From positions 1-64,000 of IMG/VR virus record IMGVR_UViG_3300046744_000223: DNA of 64,000 bases. One strand, given 5' to 3'. The position numbers and the translations under genes are program-made. This stretch comes from a virus. This document shows positions 1 to 10,700 of this stretch, in pieces. The notes beneath the pieces are model-generated. The model was not told the DNA's origin, did no database searches, and saw only the letters and a program-made list of their open reading frames with translations. Position 1 is the first letter of the stretch; each line of letters opens with the position of its first letter.

Positions 1-2197
1 CAGTTACACCTTGAGGACCTTTATCACCTTGTGGGCCAGTAGCACCTTGTGGACCAGCAACACCTTGGGGGCCATCAGCACCTTGAGGACCAGTTTGACC
101 TTTTTGACCTTTATCACCTTGTGGGCCAGTTACACCTTGAGCACCTTGTGCACCTTGTGGGCCAGTTCCACCTGTTAAACCTTGAGCACCTTGGTCGCCC
201 TTTTGACCTTTATCACCATCTGCGCCTGTTCCACCTTTTTGACCTTTATCACCTTGTGGGCCAGTTACACCTTGAGGACCTTTATCACCTTGTGGGCCAG
301 TAGCACCTTGAGGGCCATCAGCACCTTGAGGGCCTGTTGCGCCAGTTCCACCTTGTGAGCCGGTAGCTCCCTTTTGACCTTTTGGTTGAGTTGGACCGGT
401 TGGGCCTACCGCACCTTGTGGGCCGGTATCACCTTGAGGACCTGTTGCGCCAGTTCCACCTTGTGAGCCAGTAGCTCCCTTTTGACCTTTAGGGCCTGTT
501 GGGCCAGTAGCACCTTGTGGGCCTGTCCCACCTTGAGGACCTGTTTGACCTTGCGGACCTACTACACCTTGAGGACCTGTTGAACCAGTTCCACCTTTTT
601 GACCTTTTCCACCTTGTGGGCCAGTAGCACCTTGAGGGCCTTTAGCACCTTGTGGGCCAGTAGCACCTTGAGGGCCAGTTGAGCCAGTAGAACCTTTTCC
701 ACCTTGAGCACCAGTTCCACCTTGTGAGCCAGTAGCTCCTTTTTGACCTTTAGGGCCAGGATTTCCTTGAGCACCTTGAGGGCCAGTTAAACCAGTAGGT
801 CCGTTTATACCCTTATCACCTTGTCCACCTTGAGCACCAGTTCCACCTTTTTGACCTTTATCACCTTGTGGGCCAGTAGCACCTTGTGGGCCTTTAGCAC
901 CTTGCGGGCCAGTAGCACCTTGAGGTCCATCTGCGCCAGTAGGACCTGTTGCGCCAGTTCCACCTTGTGAGCCAGTAGCTCCTTTTTGACCTTTTGGTTG
1001 TGTAGGGCCCGTTGGACCAGTAGCACCTTGGGGACCGGTTACACCTTGAGGACCTGTTGCGCCAGTTCCACCTTGTGAGCCGGTAGCTCCTTTTTGACCT
1101 TTAGGACCGGTTGGGCCAGTAGCACCTTGTGGGCCAGTAGCACCTTGTGGGCCTGCTCCACCTTGAGGACCTACCCCACCTTGAGGACCGGTTGAACCAG
1201 TTCCACCTTTTTGACCTTTTCCACCTTGTGGGCCAGTAGCACCTTGAGGGCCTTTAGCACCTTGTGGGCCAGTAGCACCTTGAGGGCCAGTTGAGCCAGT
1301 AGAACCTTTTCCACCTGTTGCACCAGTTGGGCCTGTTGAACCAGTAGCTCCTTTTTGACCTTTAGGGCCAGGATTTCCTTGAGCACCTTGAGGGCCAGTT
1401 AAACCAGTAGGTCCGTTTACACCTTTAGCACCTTGTGAACCTGTTCCACCTTGTGAGCCGGTAGCTCCTTTTTGACCCTTTCCACCTTGTGGGCCAGTAG
1501 CACCTTGAGGACCCGTAGAACCTTTTGGACCATCAGCACCTTGGGGACCGGTTGCACCAGTAGGACCTGTTGCGCCAGTTGGGCCTGTTGAACCAGTAGC
1601 TCCTTTTTGACCTTTAGGGCCTGTTGGGCCAGTTCCACCTTGTGGGCCAGTAGCACCTTGTGGGCCTGCTCCACCCTGTGGACCTACTCCACCTTGAGGG
1701 CCTGTTGAGCCAGTTCCACCTTTTTGACCTTTATCACCCTGTGGGCCAGTAGCACCTTGTGGGCCTTTAGCACCTTGAGGACCATCAGCACCTTGTGGTC
1801 CTTTTGAACCAGTGGAACCCTTTCCACCTGTTGCACCAGTTGGGCCTGTTGAGCCAGTAGCTCCTTTTTGACCTTTAGGGCCAGGATTTCCTTGAGCACC
1901 TTGAGGGCCAGTTAAACCAGTAGGTCCGTTTACACCTTTAGCACCTTGAGGGCCTGTTCCACCTTGAGGGCCTGTTGAACCTTTGGGGCCGGTTGGGCCA
2001 GTTGCACCTTTAGGACCAGTTGCACCATTGTTACCAGTTGGGCCTTGAGGTCCGGTTGGGCCGGTAGAACCACCAGGTCCTTGTGAACCAGTAGCTCCCT
2101 TTTGACCCTGTGCACCTTGAGGTCCTTGAGATCCAGTAACACCTTTATTACCAGCCGTACCCTTTTGACCTTTAGCACCAGTTGGACCAGTTGGGCC
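1..2197 (-). repeat. Collagen Gly-X-Y coding repeat array with higher-order duplications
   Basis: 9-nt periodicity (accttgtgg / gccagtagc). The block encoding [23 protein letters not shown] recurs, with taggtccgtt at 796, 1408 and 1921. Confidence 0.95.
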
Positions 2198-2602
2198 GGT
2201 ATTATGGAAGAGTAATTGACCTACATAATAATTGTGGTCAGGTTCTACTTCTATACTTACTATATCTAACGATTCTTCTACATATTCTAATGATGTGATG
2301 TGTAGGTCGTTGTGTAATTCTTTTTGTTTGTTGAATGCATTTATTGGTGAAACCCACTCACCCATTAGGGTTAAGATTTTAGCATCAACTGATGATTTTA
2401 GTTTAGACCCATCTGAAAGAGTGAATTCTAAATAGGAATCTATGGACCGCGTTCTTACCGAAACAACTTTGTTATCCCTAACACCTACTCCATGTATATC
2501 AAAACCTTTTACTACATCACCAACTTTAATGTCACCAAGTGTTTGGAAACTCCCATTGATGTCTATTAAGGTATCTTTATGTAAACCGTGTATTAATTCC
2601 AT
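1..2602 (-). CDS. Hint (intein-like) domain-collagen triple-helix fibre protein; 3' end outside window, absent from the ORF track
   Basis: Manual translation from ATG 2602 gives [33 protein letters not shown]...[21 protein letters not shown]|[14 protein letters not shown]..., then Gly-X-Y in the same frame to position 2 (about 867 codons visible). AAGGGA lies upstream of the start. Confidence 0.9.
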   Translation of the reverse strand, partial: MELIHGLHKDTLIDINGSFQTLGDIKVGDVVKGFDIHGVGVRDNKVVSVRTRSIDSYLEFTLSDGSKLKSSVDAKILTLMGEWVSPINAFNKQKELHNDLHITSLEYVEESLDIVSIEVEPDHNYYVGQLLFHNTGPTGPTGAKGQKGTAGNKGVTGSQGPQGAQGQKGATGSQGPGGSTGPTGPQGPTGNNGATGPKGATGPTGPKGSTGPQGGTGPQGAKGVNGPTGLTGPQGAQGNPGPKGQKGATGSTGPTGATGGKGSTGSKGPQGADGPQGAKGPQGATGPQGDKGQKGGTGSTGPQGGVGPQGGAGPQGATGPQGGTGPTGPKGQKGATGSTGPTGATGPTGATGPQGADGPKGSTGPQGATGPQGGKGQKGATGSQGGTGSQGAKGVNGPTGLTGPQGAQGNPGPKGQKGATGSTGPTGATGGKGSTGSTGPQGATGPQGAKGPQGATGPQGGKGQKGGTGSTGPQGGVGPQGGAGPQGATGPQGATGPTGPKGQKGATGSQGGTGATGPQGVTGPQGATGPTGPTQPKGQKGATGSQGGTGATGPTGADGPQGATGPQGAKGPQGATGPQGDKGQKGGTGAQGGQGDKGINGPTGLTGPQGAQGNPGPKGQKGATGSQGGTGAQGGKGSTGSTGPQGATGPQGAKGPQGATGPQGGKGQKGGTGSTGPQGVVGPQGQTGPQGGTGPQGATGPTGPKGQKGATGSQGGTGATGPQGDTGPQGAVGPTGPTQPKGQKGATGSQGGTGATGPQGADGPQGATGPQGDKGPQGVTGPQGDKGQKGGTGADGDKGQKGDQGAQGLTGGTGPQGAQGAQGVTGPQGDKGQKGQTGPQGADGPQGVAGPQGATGPQGDKGPQGVT

Positions 2603-2615
2603 ATCACTTTATCCC

Positions 2616-3395
2616 TTAACTTGTTAACCTAAGTACAATCATCATATTGTACAATTCAGAAGTATTAGTTTTTTTATCAAATTCAAGACTCAATCTATCT
2701 CCGCTACTAAATGAGTAATTTGAAGCCCCAAAGTTAAAGGTTATATTAGTACCTGCACTTTGTAAAGTTTCCGTATTTGTAGTGGATTGTTGCGCACCAC
2801 CATTATATAGTGAAATATCACAATCGTCCGGAACTGAATTAGTTTGTTCGGGTGATACAATTATATCTTCGATGTAACCAGTACATGGTGCTATAAAGGT
2901 AGTGAATGCTCTATTAGGGAGTGATTGTATATCAGATAATCCTGAAAATGCGACATAACCAAAAGGTGAATTTTTCGTATCTATTGTCAATTGTATTGGG
3001 TGGATTTCATTACCAATAGCTACAGCACCTATATCAGAACGAACTTCAGTACCAGTTCTAAAATCTACATTACTATTTGAGTCTAATACTAAGAACTTAT
3101 CAGTATCAGTACCTGCATTACTTAATCCAGTTAATTTTATATCCGGTGTAGTAATTTGTTGAGTTACATCCATTGACCCGGTAAATCCATGGGTATCATT
3201 AGAAGTATCACCAAATTGGGTTGACCCACTACTAAATGTGGTAGTCTTATGTGTTACCGATGAACTTACTATATAAGACTCAGCCGTTAGTGTTCCAGTT
3301 ACTACTAATGAACCTGTAATAGATAAATCACCAGTGGTGTTTATACCACCTGATTGTACCTGAAGTCCATTCTTTATTACAAATTTATTTGACAT
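2616..3395 (-). CDS. Virion fibre-associated structural protein
   Basis: Ser/Thr/Gly-rich. Contains ITGSLVVTGTLTAE, SSGSTQFGD and a TDTDKFLVLDS motif shared with the adjacent gene. Confidence 0.6.
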   Translation of the reverse strand: MSNKFVIKNGLQVQSGGINTTGDLSITGSLVVTGTLTAESYIVSSSVTHKTTTFSSGSTQFGDTSNDTHGFTGSMDVTQQITTPDIKLTGLSNAGTDTDKFLVLDSNSNVDFRTGTEVRSDIGAVAIGNEIHPIQLTIDTKNSPFGYVAFSGLSDIQSLPNRAFTTFIAPCTGYIEDIIVSPEQTNSVPDDCDISLYNGGAQQSTTNTETLQSAGTNITFNFGASNYSFSSGDRLSLEFDKKTNTSELYNMMIVLRLTS

Positions 3396-3443
3396 TTTAT
3401 TTCCTCGTGTTTTTCACTTTCCAAACTTAGGATTTAATTTATT

Positions 3444-5351
3444 TTATATACTATACATACGTTCTACGTTAAACAAAATAGTCCCACCACCGGCGGATGT
3501 TATCGATAATGTTAACACACCGCTAGATGCTGTTGCTGAGAATTGAGCTGGACTTGTACTTCCAGTTCCAATATCAGTTGTACTATATTCGGTCATCGCT
3601 ACCTCGTTACCACTAACAACAATAGTTAATTGTCCAGAACGTATTGCACTACCCTCTGAAATATTGTAATGTATATGGAAAGACGAACCCACTTTTTGAT
3701 AAATTACATGAGTGCCTACTCCATACTGATGACCTTCAGCTGTTTTTTCTACTGAGTTTGATGTAGTTCCGTGATTTGTATGAATTGTGAGAGACGCTGT
3801 AAATGGTGCTGGAGTTCCAGGGATATTATCTCCAAGTTCCAAACCATTCCCTTTGAAGGCTGGTGATTTAAGTGTATCAACTTGGTTACCACCCCATTGG
3901 TCAAATTGAAAACCTTGACCATATTTATTTTCGAGGATTTTAAAAGCAGAATCACCTTTAATTCGGGCAGTATTAGACCAAATAGCTAATCTATTAGATG
4001 ATGCTCCAGTATCATTTATAACGTAATTACCACTAGCAGCATCAAGCCCAGCAATATCACTTGCAATTGATGATGATAGTGAAGTAACACCTATATCATC
4101 ATATAATTGCGTACCACTTCTATATTTAAGTTGGTCACCATCCAATACAACAAACTTGTCAGTATCACTTGTTGCTTGTACTTGCGTATCTGTTTTAATA
4201 TTAACCGAACCACTAAATTGTGCTGGTCCGATATTTTTTAATGTATTAGAACCTGATATAGTTAATGATCCAGTTATAGAAAGACCACCTTCAGCAATAA
4301 TAGCTGGTTTTATTCTAAGAGTATTTGCACCATATGGGTTTGTTAGTCTACCAATCGAATAAGCATCACTAACATCAGTTCTCATTTTAATTTGAGCTGA
4401 TGTTGGTGTTGTACCATGTGCTCTAAGACCTACTATGGTAGCACTTTCTTGTTCCATTGATAGGAACGAATCATATTGTGGATTTGAAACATCACCACTT
4501 GAACCAGAACCCACAATAATTTGCATTGCAGCTGTTCCCGAAACACTTGGGTCATTGATTACATTAAACTGACCATGGTGTACTAACACATCACCGGTAG
4601 TTATATTTTTATTTAACTTTAACCGAACTGAACTCGTTATAGCACTTGTTGAACTAAAGAATGGAATCTCAGTTGCTGCACCACTAAGGTTAGAAGCGCC
4701 ACTACCACCAATATCTGAAAGAACCTCAGTGCCGGTACGATAGTCTACGTCACCATTAGAGTCTAATACCAAAAACTTGTCAGTATCAGTTGTTGCGTGG
4801 TTTACGTTACCAATGTTAAGAGTTGCGGATGTATGTAGGTCATCGTCAAATTGAAATCTACCATTGGTACTAGACCACTGTAAAGACACATCAGCCCCAT
4901 CAATATAAATACCTGAACCATTAGCGGCCGTAGGATTAGCTGACCCACTTGCTATTTTTATAAGTTTATCTTGAACATTAAGCTCAGCTACTTGTAGGTC
5001 TACTTTACTACCTAATACTGTAAGGTCACCTGTTAATGTTAAACTATCAAATGTAGGTGAATCTGCGGATTGTAAGCCAGTATCTACATCAGAATTAACA
5101 CCATTTATGGTAGCTCTAACAGTACCTTGAGATGGTGATGAGAATGTAGACCCACTAAGTACACCTTCAGTATTTAATTTGAGTTTGACATCAGAATCAC
5201 CATAGGTTAATGTATCCAATGATGCTAATGAAGCTGATACGCTTCCCCAATCATTGATTGTAATATCGGTGGAGTTTATTCCACCTGATGATGTAATTTG
5301 ATTTAAAATTGCATCACTACCGGAGGTGATGACTTTTTTCCAATTCGGCAT
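3444..5351 (-). CDS. Tail fibre-like structural protein
   Basis: N-terminus MPNWKKVITSGS, fibre-shaft motif LTGDLTVLG...LNVQDKLI, and two DTDKF(L/V)VLD motifs. Confidence 0.65.
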   Translation of the reverse strand: MPNWKKVITSGSDAILNQITSSGGINSTDITINDWGSVSASLASLDTLTYGDSDVKLKLNTEGVLSGSTFSSPSQGTVRATINGVNSDVDTGLQSADSPTFDSLTLTGDLTVLGSKVDLQVAELNVQDKLIKIASGSANPTAANGSGIYIDGADVSLQWSSTNGRFQFDDDLHTSATLNIGNVNHATTDTDKFLVLDSNGDVDYRTGTEVLSDIGGSGASNLSGAATEIPFFSSTSAITSSVRLKLNKNITTGDVLVHHGQFNVINDPSVSGTAAMQIIVGSGSSGDVSNPQYDSFLSMEQESATIVGLRAHGTTPTSAQIKMRTDVSDAYSIGRLTNPYGANTLRIKPAIIAEGGLSITGSLTISGSNTLKNIGPAQFSGSVNIKTDTQVQATSDTDKFVVLDGDQLKYRSGTQLYDDIGVTSLSSSIASDIAGLDAASGNYVINDTGASSNRLAIWSNTARIKGDSAFKILENKYGQGFQFDQWGGNQVDTLKSPAFKGNGLELGDNIPGTPAPFTASLTIHTNHGTTSNSVEKTAEGHQYGVGTHVIYQKVGSSFHIHYNISEGSAIRSGQLTIVVSGNEVAMTEYSTTDIGTGSTSPAQFSATASSGVLTLSITSAGGGTILFNVERMYSI

Positions 5352-5370
5352 ATCCTTTTCCTAATTTGCG

Positions 5371-5410
5371 GTTGGTAACATTTTCATGCCCACTTCTCTT
5401 TCGAGCCAAC
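5371..5410 (-). promoter_or_regulatory. Candidate structured RNA (three-way junction) in 5' leader
   Basis: Minus strand reads GUUGG-CUC GAAA GAG-AAGUG-GGCAU GAAA AUGUU-A-CCAAC. Confidence 0.5.
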
Positions 5411-5506
5411 AACCAGGTTTATGTTTGATTAATCTCTTATAAATAGTTTACTATAAAATAAAAACCACATAGATAATTCAGATTTGATAGTAGATTGGTT
5501 TATAAT

Positions 5507-5536
5507 AAAAAAATCCCCTACTTTTGTAGAGGATTC
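5507..5536 (-). terminator. Rho-independent terminator
   Basis: Minus strand GAATCCTCTAC-AAAA-GTAGGGGATTT followed by a T run, directly after stop 5542. Confidence 0.75.
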
Positions 5537-5541
5537 TTAGA

Positions 5542-5733
5542 TTATTCTTTTGTAATGATGTCACCCTTTTTAGGGCGTTCACTTATGGGTAGTTCTAATA
5601 AGTCAAGTTCCATTTGAACTTTTGCCATTATACCTGTGATTACAGGCGCTTCCTTACCACGAATTTCCATTTTGTTTAATGCAATTTGGACTATCTTCCA
5701 ATCACTTGCATTTAATCCTTCGTAACTTTTCAT
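5542..5733 (-). CDS. Small protein, possible fibre assembly chaperone
   Basis: 63 aa, between fibre genes, resembles the adjacent small ORF. Confidence 0.5.
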   Translation of the reverse strand: MKSYEGLNASDWKIVQIALNKMEIRGKEAPVITGIMAKVQMELDLLELPISERPKKGDIITKE

Positions 5734-5740
5734 AATTAAA

Positions 5741-5935
5741 TTAACTTAATTTTTTAATTTCGTTTTGAATCTTCATAGCTAGTTTGAATACTGACTCAAC
5801 TTGCTTACCTTTAAATGAAGCTTCACCCAATCCGATAAGAAGGGCCTCAAGCTCACCCTTAGTGAGCTTGAGGTTTGCCTCTTCATCATTTTGAGTTTTC
5901 TTGTTGGACAATCCCAACTTTTTATGTAAACTCAT
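5741..5935 (-). CDS. Small protein, possible fibre assembly chaperone (start revised to MSLHKK)
   Basis: ATG at 5935 avoids overlap with the upstream gene. Core LTKGELEALL...FKGKQVE...KIQ. Confidence 0.55.
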   Translation of the reverse strand: MSLHKKLGLSNKKTQNDEEANLKLTKGELEALLIGLGEASFKGKQVESVFKLAMKIQNEIKKLS

Positions 5936-5960
5936 ATATAACCATTTCAACATTAATAAA

Positions 5961-7037
5961 TTACGCTGTTTGAATCCAAATACACTCACCATTATCTACA
6001 GCGATAGTACCCACACCTTGGAATGTTGCTGCGGCCATATTATGAGAACCAGCACCAGCCATTACTTGGATGTTACCTAATTTAGATGCAGCTGTTGCTG
6101 TAACGTCACCCGCTTCAACATCTGCAGCGTAAGAAAATACTGAATCACTATCATCATAGAATATAGCTGAACCAGTATTGATATCAGTAGTGTTAGCACC
6201 ACCGAAAATGATACCGGTATCACCACTAGCTGAACCAGAATTCAATAAAATGAATGCGTCTTCTACGTTCAAGTTTGCTACGTTCAATTCAGTTCTTGTA
6301 CCTTCAACTGTAAGATTACCCGTAAGTCTTAAATCGGCGAATACAGGCGAATCGGTTACTTCAACACCTAAACCGATGTTAGCATTTGAACCAACACTTA
6401 CTTTACCTTGACCCGTTGAAGATGCAGCTACAGTTGTCGCTGTATCAGCATTACCAGTCAAATCACCAGTTACATCACCAGTTACATCACCAGTTAGGTC
6501 ACCAATTATTTCAACAGATGCAGATATGATAGAAGCGGTTACTTCGGTTAGATTGATTTTACTGTCTAAGTTTACAGTTATCTCATTACCTGAACCAGCA
6601 GTAGTAATGTTAGTACCACCTGCAATGTCAAGTGTTTCTGCATTAGTAATACTTAATACACCACCACTATCACCTTGGATATCTAAATCATAAGTTGCAG
6701 CGGTTAGGTTAGCGATATCTACAGCGATAGATGCTGATGTTTCAGTAAGATTTTCTACGTCACCAAATGCTACGTAAGATGCAGTATCAGCAGTACCATT
6801 TACATCACCTTGGAATGATGCAGTTACAGAGTTAAATTGAACATCATCACCTGATGTCAATCCTAAGTCAAGTTCAGTTAGTACACCATTGAATGATGCA
6901 GTAAACTCACCTTGAGCAGTAGAGCTTACAGATGATGCTGATATAATTCCCTCACCTGCGCTTGATAAATAATTTGAGTCATTTTTTAAATCCGAGATAT
7001 TACTACCGGATACAATGACCTTTTTCCATGTTGCCAT
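5961..7037 (-). CDS. Tail fibre-like protein, paralogue of 3444..5351
   Basis: MATWKKVIVSGS start, GDLTGDVTGDVTGDLTGNADTA repeats, LTGNLTVEG...LNVEDAFI. Confidence 0.7.
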   Translation of the reverse strand: MATWKKVIVSGSNISDLKNDSNYLSSAGEGIISASSVSSTAQGEFTASFNGVLTELDLGLTSGDDVQFNSVTASFQGDVNGTADTASYVAFGDVENLTETSASIAVDIANLTAATYDLDIQGDSGGVLSITNAETLDIAGGTNITTAGSGNEITVNLDSKINLTEVTASIISASVEIIGDLTGDVTGDVTGDLTGNADTATTVAASSTGQGKVSVGSNANIGLGVEVTDSPVFADLRLTGNLTVEGTRTELNVANLNVEDAFILLNSGSASGDTGIIFGGANTTDINTGSAIFYDDSDSVFSYAADVEAGDVTATAASKLGNIQVMAGAGSHNMAAATFQGVGTIAVDNGECIWIQTA

Positions 7038-7136
7038 AATTAATTTTCCTTTGTTTTTGTATTAATACAATTAATTGATATATCGATGTAACTTTTTTAA
7101 AATTTATTTTCTTATTATAAGTATGTTTTTATTATT

Positions 7137-7736
7137 TTAAACATCACCAATACCAAAGTAAAAATTAGATGCTGAATATGCCATTGCACCTTCTTCTACA
7201 TTTGGTAGTGTTGTGAACTCCGTTAATTTAAATAACCCATTATTTACAGTTACAGATCCAGTAATTTGAAGATTATTAGTTGTTGTATAATCGGAACCTA
7301 CTTGTGTGAATATTCCACTACCACCACTACCACCAGAACCAAACCCACTTCTTGCAGCAGATGCTGATATGAATGAATCTGAAATAAATGATGCCGTAGC
7401 TACTGACATTGATGAGGTTTGTGATGCTAGAATAAACGAACCCGTATCATCTGCGGTAAGTGCTCCACTTGCTCCGAGTGTTACTTCATTCCAAGTAAAG
7501 GTATCAGTAAATGTAACTGGTGGATTTGCCGCAGTGATTGTTAACGAATAAAATTTTGATACATCTTGGACAAACATCAACTGCCCATCTTCAACATAGT
7601 TAGAGTGAATGTTTCCCAAATCGCTAAAAGTACTTACACCATATAACGCACCTTTTATCAAATCAATATCAGCTAATACAGTATTTGCTGATTGGGCGGC
7701 TGATGATAAGACTAATTTACTTGTAATTGCTGGCAT
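7137..7736 (-). CDS. Virion structural protein
   Basis: Shares ISASAAxSGFG and xIFTxVGxxYxxxxxLxITGS motifs with the 1731-aa protein. Confidence 0.55.
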   Translation of the reverse strand: MPAITSKLVLSSAAQSANTVLADIDLIKGALYGVSTFSDLGNIHSNYVEDGQLMFVQDVSKFYSLTITAANPPVTFTDTFTWNEVTLGASGALTADDTGSFILASQTSSMSVATASFISDSFISASAARSGFGSGGSGGSGIFTQVGSDYTTTNNLQITGSVTVNNGLFKLTEFTTLPNVEEGAMAYSASNFYFGIGDV

Positions 7737-7750
7737 TTAATTATCTCCTA

Positions 7751-10700
7751 TTATGGTGTAGAATTATCAGGTCTAATGTCTAATAATATATTTGATGAAC
7801 CGGCTACTGGATTTACTGTTGATATTATAATATAATCATCAAATCCATTTACTGCTGAATCTAAGGTTATCTTGTGTATATAACTTTGTTCAGTAGTACC
7901 TAATCCACTACCTATATCTGCGTTGTCAACAGCTACCTCTAAGTTAGAATAACCATTTGAATTGTAACCATCACCCATAATTGTAGGTACATTACTCATC
8001 GAAGACCCACTTGGGATAATTATAGCGACACGGTGTCCTGAATTCTTATTCATTCTACCAAAGGATTCGCTAATATCATATAAGTCACTCATTGATTTGG
8101 AATTCAACAAAGTTGCTGTATAAGAACTACCAAAACTATAAGATAGACTTGTTCCACCCAAACTTGATTGTATTATATCAGCAAATCCGAATCCACTATA
8201 TACAGTAGCGGTTGATAGTGTTGAAGGAACTGCGTTTGTTGCGGCTGAATATCCAAGGGTATTATTGTAGTTTGTAGAAGACAACCCAATATCATAAATA
8301 TAAACAATTGGGGATGCTGCTGGAACTGCTCCAATTGATGATGTTCTTGGGGTGTTTACAAAATCCTCACCATATGCATCGTTAACTGAGACCATGTAAT
8401 GTAAATCAGCTTGACTTGTAACTGAATTGTCAGCGGCGTTAATAAAGTATGAAGATGAGTTTACATTTTGTGAGTCCAATGCTACCTTAGATGCGTCTCT
8501 ACCACTAATAGAAGCGCTAAATGGTGTATCGTTTTCAGTATCACTTATAGTAAATGACCCCAACTTAGTACCGGCTGAAACAGGTGCGTTTACAGTTTCA
8601 TTACTAGCAAATGTTACACTTGGGTTTACATTATTTCTAACTTCAATTGTTATAGTCTCTGCCCCTGCGTTTCCATATTGGTCAACCCATGTTATAGGTG
8701 CTGTGAAGTTTGCTCCATTTACGTATGAACCACTTACATTATCTTCAATAGTTAATATACCAGTTGAAGTTACGTGTACAAGCGAACTAACAGTTGCAAA
8801 ATTTTGCTCGGATTGACCCCCATAATCTGGAGAATAATTTACAGATAGTTGTGCGGCTGAACCTATCCCATCGGTATCAGTTGTGATGTTAGAACCACTT
8901 AGTGCGGATTCTATTATGTTAAATGAACTTACAGTTAAACTACCACCACCTGCTTGTGATATGGTAATTGCATCAGAGTATACTCCTTGGTTAAATCCAT
9001 GTACATCTTTAACATTTGCGTTATAATTGTATGTTCCTGCTGCTAATGTTCCGTTTGCACGAATCTCAAATGAGTTACCACCAATATAAGATGACGAAAG
9101 ACTCGATGCGTTAGTACCACTTAAATTAAATGTGTTGATATTTAAAGAATCACTCTCAATATCACCCCATGTTAATGTGGTTAGCAATGCATCATCAATC
9201 GCTAAGTTTGTATTTAAATTAGCAGTGGTTTGTGTATCACTTGTTACACTTGGTGCGTTATTCGGAGTAACACTTATTGTGATTGGTTGTGAATTTGGAT
9301 TACCATATTGGTCTGACCATCCGATGGTCGATGTAATAGTGGAACCATCTACATTACTACTACCACTAATATTATTTCCAACTGTCAGTACACCAGTCGA
9401 TGAACCAACTGAGATAAATGGGTTGTCTGAAGTAAAGTTTTGTGCAACCGGCGACCCATAACTCGGTGAATACGTTACACTCAAAGTTTTAGCAGTACCA
9501 ATACCAGTTGTGGTATTTGTAATACCATCGCCATTTGTAGCAGATTCAATAATAAACAAATTACCAGGAGATGTTAGAGTACCATTGTCAGCTTGTGCGA
9601 TTGTGATGTCATCTTTATAAACACCAGTTCTAAATCCATGTTCATCTTTGATACTTGCTGTGAATGAAATATCTCCCGCCGATTGGTTACCATCTGCATA
9701 TAATCCAAAATTATTAGAACCATCGTATGAACTTGATAAGTTAGAAGCGCCAGTGCCTGTTAAAGTGAATGAAGATACATTCAATGCATCACCTTCAGTA
9801 TCAGTCCACTTTATAGTGGATAATAGATTACCATTAGTTGCCTGATTGGTATTTCTATTTGTAGAAGTAAGTTCTGCGGCTGTAGGGGCGTTATTGATTG
9901 TTAGAGTAATACTAACTGAACCACTACCTATGTTATCAAATTGGTCTCTATAAGTAATATTTGAACTAATTGTTCCTGGATAGTCATCACCACTACCACT
10001 AATGTTAGTCCCAACACTCACATTACCATTACTCGCGACACTAAGTTGTGCGTTCGATGATGTGAATGATGCAACTGCTGCTGAATTATATTGTGGTGAG
10101 TATGTTACTGACAACTTAGCCTGAGTTCCAGTTCTACCATTTGAGTTAGTAACAACATTATCACCAGTTTCAGCCGATTCGATTACATAAAATACACCAT
10201 TTGCACCAGGAGTACCAAGTCCCGCTTCAACGATTGTAAATGAAGAACCCGATGTTGAGATATTACCATAACTATCAGCGATACTTGCAGTAAACTCGTA
10301 AGTAGTAGACCCACTCAAATTGGTTAAAGCACTTACTTCATAAGCATCACTATTTCGTGATGCAGTTAATTGACCACTTGGGTCAGTAAATGAGAATTCA
10401 CTATGGTCAATAGTATCACCAATACCAAATTGAGGTTCCGTGAATGAAATTACACTTAATATATTTGATGGTCTAGCACCATTTGTGTTTAGATTAGCAG
10501 ATGTATCAGTAAATACGATTGAGTATGGCTGATTATCAGTAATCGTTAGAGTATGGTCTCTATATTGTTTTGTAGTTTCAAATGAAGTTTCAGATGCAGT
10601 GATTTGTATAGCCACAGTGTCACTATCTGCGAAGTGTAAGTTACCACTAATAGCAGTATCCACTTCAAGAGTTACACTTGAACCCGTATAACTTGTTGCG

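Noticed and set aside
49-2178. Short repetitive ORFs in the track (LKVLLAHKV..., HLVGQ...)
   Set aside because: Alternate-frame or antisense shadows of the collagen Gly-X-Y frame.
1-2197. Possible CRISPR array
   Set aside because: The repeats have 9-nt codon periodicity with no unique spacers; this is coding collagen.
2198-2602. Canonical splicing intein or mobile element
   Set aside because: No Cys/Ser1, no block-B His, only about 5 upstream residues and no homing endonuclease, so standard cis-splicing is not supported.
5542-5935. Programmed -1 frameshift joining the two small ORFs (lambda G/GT style)
   Set aside because: The hairpin is not positioned just after a clear slippery heptamer, and the second ORF has its own ATG 7 nt after the first stop.
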